Of a stretch of 64,000 bases of DNA, positions 39,051 through 48,342 are shown in pieces. Both the position numbers and the translations under genes were made by a program. The notes beneath the pieces are model-generated. The model had not been told where the DNA came from and did no database searches. It saw only the letters and a list, made by a program, of their open reading frames with translations. How positions within the stretch are numbered: the first letter of the stretch is position 1; each line of letters begins with the position of its first letter. Source of the DNA: Mycoplasma sp. CAG:956 (GTDB lineage: Bacteria; Bacillota_I; Bacilli_A; RF39; UBA660); the NCBI GenBank assembly GCA_000433475.1, contig HF993110.1, positions 131,112 through 195,111 on the forward strand, in the 5' to 3' direction.

Positions 39051-39717
39051 AAATGTTTTAAATGAAGTATTATCAAACCCCAAAAAAATAAAAAAACTTT
39101 ACATGACTAGTAATATGAAAGATGAAAGAATAATGCAAAGTATTCGCAAGAACAAAATTCAATTTGAATCAGTTTCTCGTGAGACTATGGACAGAATGGT
39201 AAAAGGTAATCACCAAGGAATTATGGCAATAGTGGATGACTTTAATTATGCTGACTATAAATCAATGTATAATGAAGACTTAGTAGTTGTTTTAGACCAT
39301 TTAGAAGACCCACACAATTTTGGTGCTATTATTCGTACTTGTGAAGCAGCAGGTGTTAAATCAATTATCATTCCAAAAGATCGTAGTGTTGATGTTAATG
39401 AAACTGTTATGAAAACATCAACTGGTGCTTTAGAGTATGTTAATATTGCTCGTGTTAATAACTTAGTAAAAACTATTAATGATTTTAAAGATAATGGCTT
39501 TTTTGTATATGGTGCAGAAGCTGCTGGCACTTTTAGTAAAACTTGCAATTATAGCGATAAAGTAGTTTTAGTAGTTGGAAGCGAAGGTTTTGGCTTATCA
39601 CGTTTAGTACGAGAAAATTGTGATGAAATTGTTTCACTACCTATGAAAGGACATGTCAATAGTCTTAATGCCTCTGTTGCAGCGGCTATTCTTATATATG
39701 ACATTGCATTTCGTTAA
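39034..39717 (+). CDS. rlmB: TrmH/SpoU family 23S rRNA 2'-O-methyltransferase (RlmB/YacO-like)
   Basis: SpoU methylase motifs (VVVLDHLEDPHNFGAIIRT, SLNASVAAAI); conserved neighbourhood. Confidence 0.8.
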   Translation: MKVYGKNVLNEVLSNPKKIKKLYMTSNMKDERIMQSIRKNKIQFESVSRETMDRMVKGNHQGIMAIVDDFNYADYKSMYNEDLVVVLDHLEDPHNFGAIIRTCEAAGVKSIIIPKDRSVDVNETVMKTSTGALEYVNIARVNNLVKTINDFKDNGFFVYGAEAAGTFSKTCNYSDKVVLVVGSEGFGLSRLVRENCDEIVSLPMKGHVNSLNASVAAAILIYDIAFR

Positions 39718-40352
39718 TGGGAAAAACTTATAAAGATACAAATGATGCAGAATTGCTTTTTATGGCTAACGAAGAAAGCGAAGATGCCAAAGATATATTA
39801 TTTAAAAAGTATTACTATATTATTGAACAAGCCATGAGAAGATACGCAAAAATAATTGCTAAGTCTGGCATTGAATACAAAGATATTTATCAGGAAGCTA
39901 TGTTGGGATTTGCTGATGCCCTAGATAAATATAATGACAATAAAGAAACACAATTACCAACATTTATAACCTTATGTGTAAAAAGGCGCCTATCTAATCT
40001 TTTAAGAGCAGCAACTAATACTAAATCAAAATTTAATAAAGACATTTTGTCAATCGATTATGATTACGAAAATTACGATACTACTTTAATTGATATAATA
40101 AGTGATGATAACAAAAATAATCCTTTAATAAATATTGCTACTAGAGAAAACTTAGAAGCAATCATAAATTCGTGTGAGGCAAAGTTATCTCCTTTTGAAA
40201 CTAAAGTCTTTGACTTAATGATATTAGAATATGATTATAAACAAATAGCTGATGTTCTACATGAATCCCCTAAAAAAATCGATAATACGGCCCAACGTAT
40301 TAGAAGAAAGATTAAAGATGTTGTTGATGTTCTTCAAATGGATAGTAAATAA
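39717..40352 (+). CDS. sigH: sigma-70 family sigma factor, SigH-like
   Basis: Region 2 (DIYQEAMLGFADALDKY) and region 4 HTH (YKQIADVLHESPKKIDNTAQRIRRKI); position upstream of secE-nusG as in Bacillus. Confidence 0.75.
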   Translation: MGKTYKDTNDAELLFMANEESEDAKDILFKKYYYIIEQAMRRYAKIIAKSGIEYKDIYQEAMLGFADALDKYNDNKETQLPTFITLCVKRRLSNLLRAATNTKSKFNKDILSIDYDYENYDTTLIDIISDDNKNNPLINIATRENLEAIINSCEAKLSPFETKVFDLMILEYDYKQIADVLHESPKKIDNTAQRIRRKIKDVVDVLQMDSK

Positions 40353-40371
40353 ATTTTAAATAGTCTCAAAA

Positions 40372-40426
40372 AAAGTGTAATAATTAATTTGTTTTTACCA
40401 GTTAGTTATTACACTTTTAATATTTT
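40372..40426 (+). terminator. terminator-like hairpin after sigH
   Basis: Perfect 12-bp inverted repeat aaagtgtaataa / ttattacacttt with about 22-nt loop then T-rich (approx). Confidence 0.45.
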
Positions 40427-40552
40427 AAGAACAGCTAAAAAATTCAAAAAATTACCAAAATCACTTGCATTTTCTTAGGACTTATAGTATATTTTAGTTG
40501 TGATACGCAAGCAATATGCGTTTTTATTTTATAAAAATAAGAGGTGCTATAA

Positions 40553-40756
40553 ATGGCAAAAAAAGATACAAAGAAAAAAAGTAATAAAGAATCATATTTA
40601 AGCGGAGTAAAAGCAGAATTAAAGAAAATTAATTGGCCTAAATTCAAAGATATACTTAAGTATACCTTTGCGACAATTATCTTTTGCTTAATTCTAGCTG
40701 GTTTCTTCTCAATCTTAAATTTAATATTATCATTAATTAAGGGGGCATTAGTCTAA
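40553..40756 (+). CDS. secE: preprotein translocase subunit SecE
   Basis: Short Lys-rich N-terminus plus single TM (FATIIFCLILAGFFSILNL), directly upstream of nusG. Confidence 0.85.
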   Translation: MAKKDTKKKSNKESYLSGVKAELKKINWPKFKDILKYTFATIIFCLILAGFFSILNLILSLIKGALV

Positions 40757-41289
40757 TGGAAAAAGAATGGTATGTTGTTAACACCTATAGTGGACATGAA
40801 TATAAAGTTAAGGAAAAATTAGAATCTAAAATCGAATCAATGGGTCTACAAGATAATATTTTTAGAATTGTAATTCCTGAAACTACCGAAGTAGAAGTTA
40901 AAAATGGTGTTAAAAAAGAAAAACAAAAAAAGATGTTTCCTGGATACATTCTAGTTGAAATGAAAATGTCTGATGAATCTTGGTACATCGTTAGAAATAC
41001 ACCAGGTGTTACTGGTTTCATTGGCTCCAGCGGTAAAGGTGCTAAACCAACTCCATTATTACCTCAAGAAATTGATCGTATTTTAGCTGATATGGGTATG
41101 AGTAGAGTAGAAACTCCTAAGGATTTAGCTGTTGGTACTAAAGTTAACATTATTGATGGACCATTCAAAGGTATGTCAGGTAGTGTTGATACTCTTGATT
41201 TAGAAAACGGACGTTTAAATGTTTTAATCGATTTGTTCGGACAAGAAACTCCTGTTGAAGTTGAGTTGAATCAAGTTAGTCAAATGTAA
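40756..41289 (+). CDS. nusG: transcription termination/antitermination factor NusG
   Basis: NGN and KOW domains (GDxVxIxxGPFxG as KVNIIDGPFKGMSG). Confidence 0.95.
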   Translation: MEKEWYVVNTYSGHEYKVKEKLESKIESMGLQDNIFRIVIPETTEVEVKNGVKKEKQKKMFPGYILVEMKMSDESWYIVRNTPGVTGFIGSSGKGAKPTPLLPQEIDRILADMGMSRVETPKDLAVGTKVNIIDGPFKGMSGSVDTLDLENGRLNVLIDLFGQETPVEVELNQVSQM

Positions 41290-41313
41290 TAAATAAAACT
41301 AAGAATAAAATTA

Positions 41314-41358
41314 AACTATAGAAAGATTTTCTCTAAGAGATATGTCTATAGTTTTTTT
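41314..41358 (+). terminator. terminator hairpin after nusG
   Basis: 9-bp stem aactataga/tctatagtt with structured about 22-nt loop, followed by T7 (approx). Confidence 0.5.
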
Positions 41359-41364
41359 ATTTGT

Positions 41365-41468
41365 AATCATGCATAATCACAATCATAATAATCAACCATC
41401 ATTCAGTATTATAAATAAATTAAGCATTATCATCATAATTAACATAACAATCATTACTACTAATCATC
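41365..41468 (+). repeat. irregular array of about 8 AATCA(T/C/A) / ATCAT motifs in the nusG-rplK intergenic region
   Basis: aatcat, aatcac, aatcat, aatcaa, catcat ... atcatcat ... aatcat ... aatcatc within about 105 nt (approx). Confidence 0.4.
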
Positions 41469-41557
41469 AAACATTTCTATATTTTAACAACTTATAAATG
41501 CTTGCAGCTGTCAAACGAAGTCGCCAAGAAAAAATTAAGGATATCGTCATTTTTAAC

Positions 41558-41586
41558 TTGATTTTTTATCGTTACTATGGTAGTAT
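41558..41586 (+). promoter_or_regulatory. putative sigma-A promoter of the rplK-rplA operon (extended -10)
   Basis: TTGATT, 17 nt spacer, TG-n-TAGTAT (approx). Confidence 0.45.
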
Positions 41587-41639
41587 CATTATCGATTACA
41601 TATATTTATTACATTTTAACTATTACTTGATGACTGTGT

Positions 41640-41700
41640 AACCATTAAGTGGAAGGGAAAGCGGAATGCCCACACCACTTACGCGACAAAATATTTTATA
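41640..41700 (+). promoter_or_regulatory. structured rplK leader (candidate L1-binding autoregulatory element)
   Basis: 7-bp stem taagtgg/ccactta enclosing a GGG/CCC helix directly upstream of the AGGAGG RBS; by analogy with L1-mediated autoregulation of L11 operons. Confidence 0.3.
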
Positions 41701-41713
41701 GGAGGTGTTTTTC

Positions 41714-42310
41714 GTGGCTAAAGAAATCGTAAAACAAATTAAATTACAAATTCCAGCCGGCAAAGCAACACCAGCTCCTCCAGTAGGTACTGTGTTAGGA
41801 CCAGCAGGAATTAACTTACAAGATTTTTGCTCAAAATTTAATGATGCATCTAGAGACAAAATGGGAGACGTTCTTCCATGCGTTATCACAATCTATGATG
41901 ATAGATCATTCGATTTTGTATTAAAAACTCCACCAGCTCCATTCTTAATTAAGAAGGCTGCTAAAATTCAAAAAGGTAGCACTAAGGGAGCTAACGAAGT
42001 AGTTGCAACTTTAACTGTTGATCAGTTAAAAGAAATTGCTGAAACTAAATTACCTGATTTAAATTGCTATACATTAGAAGCTGCAATGAACATTGTTGAA
42101 GGTACTGCTAGAAACATGGGCGTTGCAATCAAAGGCTTAAATGATAAAGAATTAGCTGAACAAGGTAAAGAAGCTGCATTAGAAGAAGCTGAAGCTGCAA
42201 AACGTGAAGCTGAATTAGAAGCTGCTGAAGAAGCAAATAAGAACGCAACTATCGGTGAAGTTGAAGTAATTAACGACAAATCTAAAGAAACTGAAGAAGA
42301 AGAAAAGTAA
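41714..42310 (+). CDS. rplK: 50S ribosomal protein L11 with an unusual about 55-aa acidic Ala/Glu-rich C-terminal extension
   Basis: GTG start after AGGAGG; MAKEIVKQIKLQIPAGKATPAPPVGTVLGPAG matches the L11 N-terminus; canonical L11 would end near ...TARNMGV, but the ORF continues EAALEEAEAAKREAELEAAEEA... Confidence 0.9.
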   Translation: MAKEIVKQIKLQIPAGKATPAPPVGTVLGPAGINLQDFCSKFNDASRDKMGDVLPCVITIYDDRSFDFVLKTPPAPFLIKKAAKIQKGSTKGANEVVATLTVDQLKEIAETKLPDLNCYTLEAAMNIVEGTARNMGVAIKGLNDKELAEQGKEAALEEAEAAKREAELEAAEEANKNATIGEVEVINDKSKETEEEEK

Positions 42311-42367
42311 TTACAAAATATAAAAAAATAATTCCGCTAATAAACCACAATTAGAAAGGAAATAAGT

Positions 42368-43063
42368 ATGAAAAAAGGCAAAAAGTATGTGGAAGCTTCT
42401 AAAAAAGTAGATAAAAATACATTATATACTAAAGAAGAAGCTATTAAATTAGTTAAAGAAACTGCTACTGCTAAATTTGATAGTACTGTAGAAGTTGCCA
42501 TTAAACTAAATTTAGATACTAAAAAAGCAGATCAACAATTAAGAGGCTCATTCGTACTTCCTAACGGAACAGGTAAAACTAAAAAAGTTTTAGTTATTGC
42601 TAAGGGTGAAGCTGCTAATGCTGCTAAAAATGCTGGTGCTGATTATGTTGGCGATACTGATATGATCGAAAAAATTCAAAATGAAAATTGGTTTGATTTT
42701 GATGTTATCGTTGCCACACCAGATATGATGGCACAATTAGGTAGAATTGGTCGTGTTTTAGGTCCTAAAGGTTTAATGCCAAACCCTAAGACTGGTACTG
42801 TTACAATGAATACTGCAAAAGCAGTTGAAGATATCAAAAAAGGTATGGTATCATACAAGACTGATTCATTTGGTAATGTTCACACAATTATTGGTAAAGT
42901 TTCATTTACTGATGAACAATTACTAGAAAACTTAACATATGTATTTAATACTATTGTTAAGGCTAAACCATCTACTGTTAAAGGTAACTACATTGAAAAT
43001 ATCTCTGTAGCATCTACAATGGGACCTGGAATTAAATTAGATAAAAATTCATTTGGAATCTAA
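42368..43063 (+). CDS. rplA: 50S ribosomal protein L1
   Basis: Full-length L1 pattern, 231 aa. Confidence 0.97.
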   Translation: MKKGKKYVEASKKVDKNTLYTKEEAIKLVKETATAKFDSTVEVAIKLNLDTKKADQQLRGSFVLPNGTGKTKKVLVIAKGEAANAAKNAGADYVGDTDMIEKIQNENWFDFDVIVATPDMMAQLGRIGRVLGPKGLMPNPKTGTVTMNTAKAVEDIKKGMVSYKTDSFGNVHTIIGKVSFTDEQLLENLTYVFNTIVKAKPSTVKGNYIENISVASTMGPGIKLDKNSFGI

Positions 43064-43211
43064 TTTTATTAAATAAGTTAAAAAAGCCTAATATACCAAA
43101 GACAGTAAGTGCAAAAATAAATCTTACCGAGGGAAAATAAAGATAAAATTCTTTAACCTTTCCTGATTGGAAAGCTTTTTTATATAAAATTTATAGAAAG
43201 GACAAAAAACT
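43064..43211 (+). promoter_or_regulatory. rplJ leader with attenuator-like hairpin (candidate L10(L12)4 autoregulatory leader)
   Basis: ctttcc-tgatt-ggaaag hairpin followed by T6 about 30 nt upstream of the rplJ RBS; position equivalent to the Firmicute L10 leader. Confidence 0.4.
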
Positions 43212-43706
43212 ATGGCAAGTAAGAAAATTCTTGAAGCAAAATCTGCAGTTGTTTCTGAAATAAGCGATAAAGTTAAGGCTTCTGAGTCTGTAATTGTATT
43301 CTCTTATCAAGGTTTAACAGTTGCTGAATTTACTGAATTAAGAAGAAATCTAAAAGATGCTAATGGTGAAGTAAAAATTTATAAAAATACATTAGTTAGA
43401 CGTGCTTTAAATGACTTATCTATTGGTATGGATGATGCATTCTTAGAAGGACCTAACGCAATTGTATTTGGCGAAACTTTACTAGAACCTATCAAAGTTC
43501 TAAGCAAATTTGCTAAAGAACATGAAAATGCCACTATTAGAGTTGGTATCATTAGTGGTAATGTTGCTAGTCTTGAAACGATTAATGAATATGCAAGTAT
43601 TCCATCTCGTGAAGGATTGTTAACACAACTTGCTGGTGGTATGATTCAATATGTTAGAGATTTATCTATCGCATTGAACTTATACTCAGAACAATTAGAA
43701 AAATAG
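43212..43706 (+). CDS. rplJ: 50S ribosomal protein L10
   Basis: 164 aa, L10 pattern. Confidence 0.95.
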   Translation: MASKKILEAKSAVVSEISDKVKASESVIVFSYQGLTVAEFTELRRNLKDANGEVKIYKNTLVRRALNDLSIGMDDAFLEGPNAIVFGETLLEPIKVLSKFAKEHENATIRVGIISGNVASLETINEYASIPSREGLLTQLAGGMIQYVRDLSIALNLYSEQLEK

Positions 43707-43729
43707 TTTATTAAGAAAGGAAAATAAAA

Positions 43730-44104
43730 ATGGCAAAATTTACTAAAGAAGAATTTATCGAAGGTTTAAAAGAAATGACTATTCTTGAAGTTAAAGAATT
43801 AGTTGATGCAATGAAGGAAGAATTTGGAGTAGATCCATCTGCTGTTGCTGTTGCTGCTGCTCCTGCTGCTGGCGAAGATAATGCTGCTGCTGCAAACAAA
43901 AATGTAGTATTAAAGGATGCTGGTGCAACTAAGATTGCTGTTATCAAAATTCTTAAAGAATTAACTGGTCTAGGACTAGTAGAAGCTAAAGCTTTAGCTG
44001 ATAACGGTGGAAACGTTAAAGAAAACCTTCCTGCTGAAGAAGCTGAAAAAGTTAAAGCACAACTTGAAGAAGCTGGTGCTACTGTTGAATTAGTTAACTG
44101 CTAA
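43730..44104 (+). CDS. rplL: 50S ribosomal protein L7/L12
   Basis: Ala-rich hinge, C-terminal domain GLGLVEAKALAD. Confidence 0.97.
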   Translation: MAKFTKEEFIEGLKEMTILEVKELVDAMKEEFGVDPSAVAVAAAPAAGEDNAAAANKNVVLKDAGATKIAVIKILKELTGLGLVEAKALADNGGNVKENLPAEEAEKVKAQLEEAGATVELVNC

Positions 44105-44125
44105 TTTATAACCAAAGATAAATTG

Positions 44126-44154
44126 AAACTGTAGAATTATTCTACAGTTTTTTC
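44126..44154 (+). terminator. strong Rho-independent terminator after rplL
   Basis: 11-bp stem aaactgtagaa/ttctacagttt, 3-nt loop, T7. Confidence 0.75.
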
Positions 44155-44183
44155 TTGCTTAAAAACAAGTATTGATATATAAT
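44155..44183 (+). promoter_or_regulatory. putative promoter of the two-gene pilin-like insert
   Basis: TTGCTT, 17 nt spacer, TATAAT (approx). Confidence 0.4.
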
Positions 44184-44203
44184 CTATCTCGAGGTGAAAT
44201 ACC

Positions 44204-44773
44204 ATGAAACTAAATAACAAAGGTTGGAGTCTAAATACACTTTTAATATGTATGGCTATTATCTTATCATTTTTATTAATCTCTGTTTTATATGTTTATA
44301 AATTATCAAATGAATTTACTAGTAATTTAACTGGAGTTAATAATTCTACTAACTATTCAAATAACAATTCTTCTGAGATATCTGATAGTATTAATAACAA
44401 TAATAATACTTTGGATACTAAAGAATCGAATTCTTCTAATAATGATAGTAGCCAATTAGATAATAATCAAACTGATAATAGCAGTACTACTAATGCTAAA
44501 GATAAATATTATATGACTAAAGAAAGTCAGCTGCATGCTGGAACCATCCGCTATTTAAAAGAAAATGCTATTACAATTGCGGATGATGAAACAATTATTA
44601 TTAATGCAAATGACATTATCAATAAAAAATATATTCAAGCTATTAAAGATGAACGCACAAATAACGCGTGTGATGGTTATTCAGTTGCAAGCTTTAAAGA
44701 CAATGATTACAATGTTAAATCATACATCGATTGTGATTCCTACTCGACAGAAGGATATGGAGTTGAAGAATAA
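44204..44773 (+). CDS. hypothetical membrane-anchored protein (189 aa): degenerate prepilin-like N-terminus, Asn/Ser-rich linker, C-terminal Cys motif domain
   Basis: N-term MKLNNKG-WSLNTLLICMAIIL; C-term CDGY...YIDCDSYSTEGYG; paralog of the next gene. Confidence 0.6.
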   Translation: MKLNNKGWSLNTLLICMAIILSFLLISVLYVYKLSNEFTSNLTGVNNSTNYSNNNSSEISDSINNNNNTLDTKESNSSNNDSSQLDNNQTDNSSTTNAKDKYYMTKESQLHAGTIRYLKENAITIADDETIIINANDIINKKYIQAIKDERTNNACDGYSVASFKDNDYNVKSYIDCDSYSTEGYGVEE

Positions 44774-44775
44774 AA

Positions 44776-45138
44776 ATGAAAAAATTTCGTAAGTTTACGA
44801 TTGCTTGGGGAATAATTCTAGTGTTGATTTTTATTTTATTTACAATGTATTCTTTTAAATTAGATAAAAAAATTAAAAAATATCATGAATTAGAAGAATA
44901 TTTTGCTACATCTGTTTCAGAATATAGCGATGCAAAAAAAGATTACCCTCAAACTATTGAAGTCATCAATTTTAGCTTAAGTGATGCTATTGAAAAAGGT
45001 ATCGTTACTGAACTGAAAATTGATGATGATATTTGTGATGGTTATGTTAAGATAGCTAATGATGAAATTGTTACTTATACTCCATATATTTCCTGTAAAA
45101 ATTATACAACAAAGGGATACGAGAAAAATTTAAGCTAA
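44776..45138 (+). CDS. hypothetical membrane-anchored protein (120 aa), paralog of the upstream gene
   Basis: N-term KFTIAWGIILVLIFIL; C-term ICDGYVKIANDEIVTYTPYISCKNYTTKGYE shares the CDGY ... YI.C..Y.T.GY motif. Confidence 0.6.
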   Translation: MKKFRKFTIAWGIILVLIFILFTMYSFKLDKKIKKYHELEEYFATSVSEYSDAKKDYPQTIEVINFSLSDAIEKGIVTELKIDDDICDGYVKIANDEIVTYTPYISCKNYTTKGYEKNLS

Positions 45139-45151
45139 AGATAAATTTTTG

Positions 45152-45181
45152 TTGACAAAGAGTGAGGCAGAATGCTATAGT
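45152..45181 (+). promoter_or_regulatory. sigma-A promoter of the rpsL-rpsG-fusA-tuf (str) operon
   Basis: TTGACA, 18 nt spacer, TATAGT. Confidence 0.55.
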
Positions 45182-45275
45182 ATTAATGAATTTTAATTAT
45201 GGTTCTATTTCGGTAGAGCTTATTTAAAAAGAATAATTGATACACCAGGATGTGTGTTAATGGAAGGAGGATTTT

Positions 45276-45692
45276 ATGACAACTATTAACCAATTAGTTA
45301 GAAAAGGAAGAAGTAAGAAAACTAAAAAGAGTAAAAGCCCAGTATTAAATGTTGGCTTCAATTCTATGGAAAGAAAAGAAACTGAAACAAATAGTCCACA
45401 AAAACGTGGTGTTTGTACAAGAGTTGCTACTCGTACACCAAAGAAACCAAACTCAGCATTAAGAAAATATGCTCGTGTTAGATTATCAAATGGTCGTGAA
45501 GTTGATACTTACATTCCAGGTGAAGGTCATAATTTACAAGAACATAGCGTAGTATTAATTCGTGGTGGTCGTGTTAAAGACCTTATCGGTGTTAGATATC
45601 ATATTGTACGTGGTACACTTGATACTCAAGGCGTTAATAATAGAAAACAAGGTCGTAGTAAATACGGTACTAAAAAACCAAAAACTAAATAA
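45276..45692 (+). CDS. rpsL: 30S ribosomal protein S12
   Basis: [12 protein letters not shown] ... [10 protein letters not shown] signature. Confidence 0.98.
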   Translation: MTTINQLVRKGRSKKTKKSKSPVLNVGFNSMERKETETNSPQKRGVCTRVATRTPKKPNSALRKYARVRLSNGREVDTYIPGEGHNLQEHSVVLIRGGRVKDLIGVRYHIVRGTLDTQGVNNRKQGRSKYGTKKPKTK

Positions 45693-45717
45693 TAATTAAA
45701 GGAGGGAGAAGATAATT

Positions 45718-46185
45718 ATGCGTAAAAGACGTGCTGTAAAAAGAGATGTATTACCTGATCCAATATACAATTCAAAAGTAGTTACTAAATTAGTTAACAC
45801 ACTTATGATTGGTGGTAAAAAAGGTACTGCACAAAAGATTCTTTATGAAGCATTCGATATAATCAAAGAAGCAACTAAGAAAGACCCAATGGAAGTTTAT
45901 AACGAAGCAATGAAGAATATTATGCCAGTTCTAGAAGTTAAATCTAGACGTGTAGGTGGTTCTAATGTACAAGTTCCACTAGAAGTAAGTCCTGATAGAG
46001 CCCAATCGCTTGCTCTAAGATGGTTAGTAAATTATGCTAAAATTGGTCGTGGCAAAACTATGGCTGAAAAATTAGCAAACGAAATTATGGATGCTGCAAA
46101 AGGCGTTGGTGGAGCTGTTAAAAAACGTGAAGATACTCACAAGATGGCTGAAGCTAATAAAGCATTTGCTCATTATAGATGGTAG
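45718..46185 (+). CDS. rpsG: 30S ribosomal protein S7
   Basis: 155 aa S7 pattern. Confidence 0.98.
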   Translation: MRKRRAVKRDVLPDPIYNSKVVTKLVNTLMIGGKKGTAQKILYEAFDIIKEATKKDPMEVYNEAMKNIMPVLEVKSRRVGGSNVQVPLEVSPDRAQSLALRWLVNYAKIGRGKTMAEKLANEIMDAAKGVGGAVKKREDTHKMAEANKAFAHYRW

Positions 46186-46194
46186 GAGAAATAT

Positions 46195-48270
46195 ATGGCA
46201 AGAGATGTCTCAATTGACAAAGTAAGAAATATCGGTATCATGGCTCACATTGATGCCGGAAAAACAACTACTACTGAACGTGTATTATTCCATACTGGAG
46301 TAACACATAAAATTGGTGAAACTCACGATGGTGAATCACAAATGGACTGGATGGAACAAGAAAAAGAAAGAGGTATTACAATTACTTCTGCTGCAACAAC
46401 TGCACACTGGAAGGGATACCGTTTCAATATTATTGATACCCCAGGTCACGTAGACTTTACTGTAGAAGTTTCACGTAGTTTAAGAGTTCTAGATGGTGCT
46501 GTAGCATTAATCGATGCTCAAGCTGGTGTAGAACCTCAAACTGAAACTGTATGGCGTCAAGCTACTGAATTCAAAGTTCCAAGAATCATTTTTGCTAATA
46601 AAATGGATAAAATGGGTGCTGATTTCGTTTACAGTTTAGATACAATTGACAAGAGATTAGGTGTTAATGCAAAACCAATCGAATGGCCAATTGGACAAGA
46701 ATCTGAATTCAATGGTATCATTGATTTAGTAACAATGAAAGCTTATCATTATGATGGTGAACAAGCTGAAAATCCTGTAGAAATCGAAATTCCAGCAGAA
46801 TTAAAGGCTGAGGCAGAAAAGAGACGTTCTGATTTAGTTGAAACTGTTGTCGAATTTGATGATGAACTAATGGAAAAATACCTTGGTGGTGAAGAATTAA
46901 CTATTGAAGAAATCAAACATTGTATCCGTAAAGGAACACTTGCTGCTGAATTCTTCCCAGTTATGTGCGGAACTGCTTTAGGAAACATTGGTGTTAAGTT
47001 ATTACTTGATGCTGTAATTGATTATTTACCAGCTCCAACTGATGTTCCATCAATCGAATGTTATAATCCTAAAACAGGCGAAGATATAATGCGTCATCCA
47101 AGTGATAATGAACCATTTACTGCATTAGCATTCAAGATTATGACAGATCCATTTGTAGGTAGATTAGCATTCTTCCGTGTTTACTCTGGTAAATTAACAA
47201 GCGGTTCATACGTTTTAAATAGTACTAAGGGTGAAAAAGAAAGAATTGGTCGTATCTTACAAATGCATGCTAATACTCGTAAAGAAATTTCTGAAGTATA
47301 CTGCGGTGAAATTGCAGCTGCTGTAGGTTTAAAAAATACTACTACTGCTGATACATTATGTGATGAAAAGAACCCAGTTATCATGAAAGGTATGGAATTC
47401 CCATTACCAGTTATTGATGAAGCAATCGAACCAAAGAGTAAAAATGACCAAGATAAAATGGCACTTGCTCTTCAAAAACTTGCTGAAGAAGACCCAACAT
47501 TCAAATATAAGACTGACCATGAAACAGGCCAAACTGTTATCAGTGGTATGGGTGAATTACACTTAGATGTTCTTGTAGATAGAATGCGTAGAGAATTTAA
47601 TGTTGAATGTAATATTGGTAAACCACAAGTTGCTTACCGTGAAACAATCACTCAAGTTGGTGAATGTGAAGGACGTTATATTAAACAATCTGGTGGTCGT
47701 GGACAATACGGTCATGTTTGGGTTAAATTTGAACCAAATCCAGGTAAAGGTTATGAATTCGTTGATGCTATCGTTGGTGGTGTAGTTCCTCGTGAATATA
47801 TTCCAGTAACTGATAAAGGTTTACAAGAAGCATTGGCTGGTGGTGTACTTGCTGGATATCCAATGGTTGATATCAAAGCAACATTATTTGATGGTTCATA
47901 CCATGATGTCGATTCATCAGAAATGGCATTTAAAATCGCTGCCTCTTTAGCAGTAAAAGAAACTAAGAATAAATGTAAACCAGTTATTCTAGAACCAATC
48001 ATGAAAGTTGCTGTAACAGTTCCAGAAGAATATATGGGTAATGTTATGGGTGACTTAACAAGTCGTAGAGGACGTCCACTTGGACAAGAATCACGTGGTA
48101 ATGCTCTACAAATTATGGCAATGGTTCCACTTGCTGAAATGTTTGGTTATGCTACTTCCCTAAGAAGTAATACACAAGGTCGTGGAAACTTTGTTATGGA
48201 ATTAGATCATTATGATGAAGTTCCAAAATCAATCGCTGAAGATATAATTAAGAAAAACAGCGCTAACTAA
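46195..48270 (+). CDS. fusA: elongation factor G
   Basis: [10 protein letters not shown]1, DTPGHVDF, 691 aa. Confidence 0.98.
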   Translation: MARDVSIDKVRNIGIMAHIDAGKTTTTERVLFHTGVTHKIGETHDGESQMDWMEQEKERGITITSAATTAHWKGYRFNIIDTPGHVDFTVEVSRSLRVLDGAVALIDAQAGVEPQTETVWRQATEFKVPRIIFANKMDKMGADFVYSLDTIDKRLGVNAKPIEWPIGQESEFNGIIDLVTMKAYHYDGEQAENPVEIEIPAELKAEAEKRRSDLVETVVEFDDELMEKYLGGEELTIEEIKHCIRKGTLAAEFFPVMCGTALGNIGVKLLLDAVIDYLPAPTDVPSIECYNPKTGEDIMRHPSDNEPFTALAFKIMTDPFVGRLAFFRVYSGKLTSGSYVLNSTKGEKERIGRILQMHANTRKEISEVYCGEIAAAVGLKNTTTADTLCDEKNPVIMKGMEFPLPVIDEAIEPKSKNDQDKMALALQKLAEEDPTFKYKTDHETGQTVISGMGELHLDVLVDRMRREFNVECNIGKPQVAYRETITQVGECEGRYIKQSGGRGQYGHVWVKFEPNPGKGYEFVDAIVGGVVPREYIPVTDKGLQEALAGGVLAGYPMVDIKATLFDGSYHDVDSSEMAFKIAASLAVKETKNKCKPVILEPIMKVAVTVPEEYMGNVMGDLTSRRGRPLGQESRGNALQIMAMVPLAEMFGYATSLRSNTQGRGNFVMELDHYDEVPKSIAEDIIKKNSAN

Positions 48271-48342
48271 AAATAATACTTGAAAAAATATCAAGCATTA
48301 GATAAAATAAATATGTAATTAAAAAGAAGGAGAATATTTAAT

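Noticed and set aside
40353-40552. Looked for rpmG (L33) between sigH and secE, where it sits in Bacillus
   Set aside because: No ORF with a Cys-ribbon (CxxC...CxxC) coding potential; the region is occupied by terminator-like hairpins and the secE RBS
40444-40647. 67-aa minus-strand ORF overlapping secE; also 3761..3955(+) and 3987..4184(-) inside the HdeD-like gene, and 44565..44792(+) inside the 189-aa gene
   Set aside because: Overlap better-supported genes in other frames or strands; no RBS; low-complexity products
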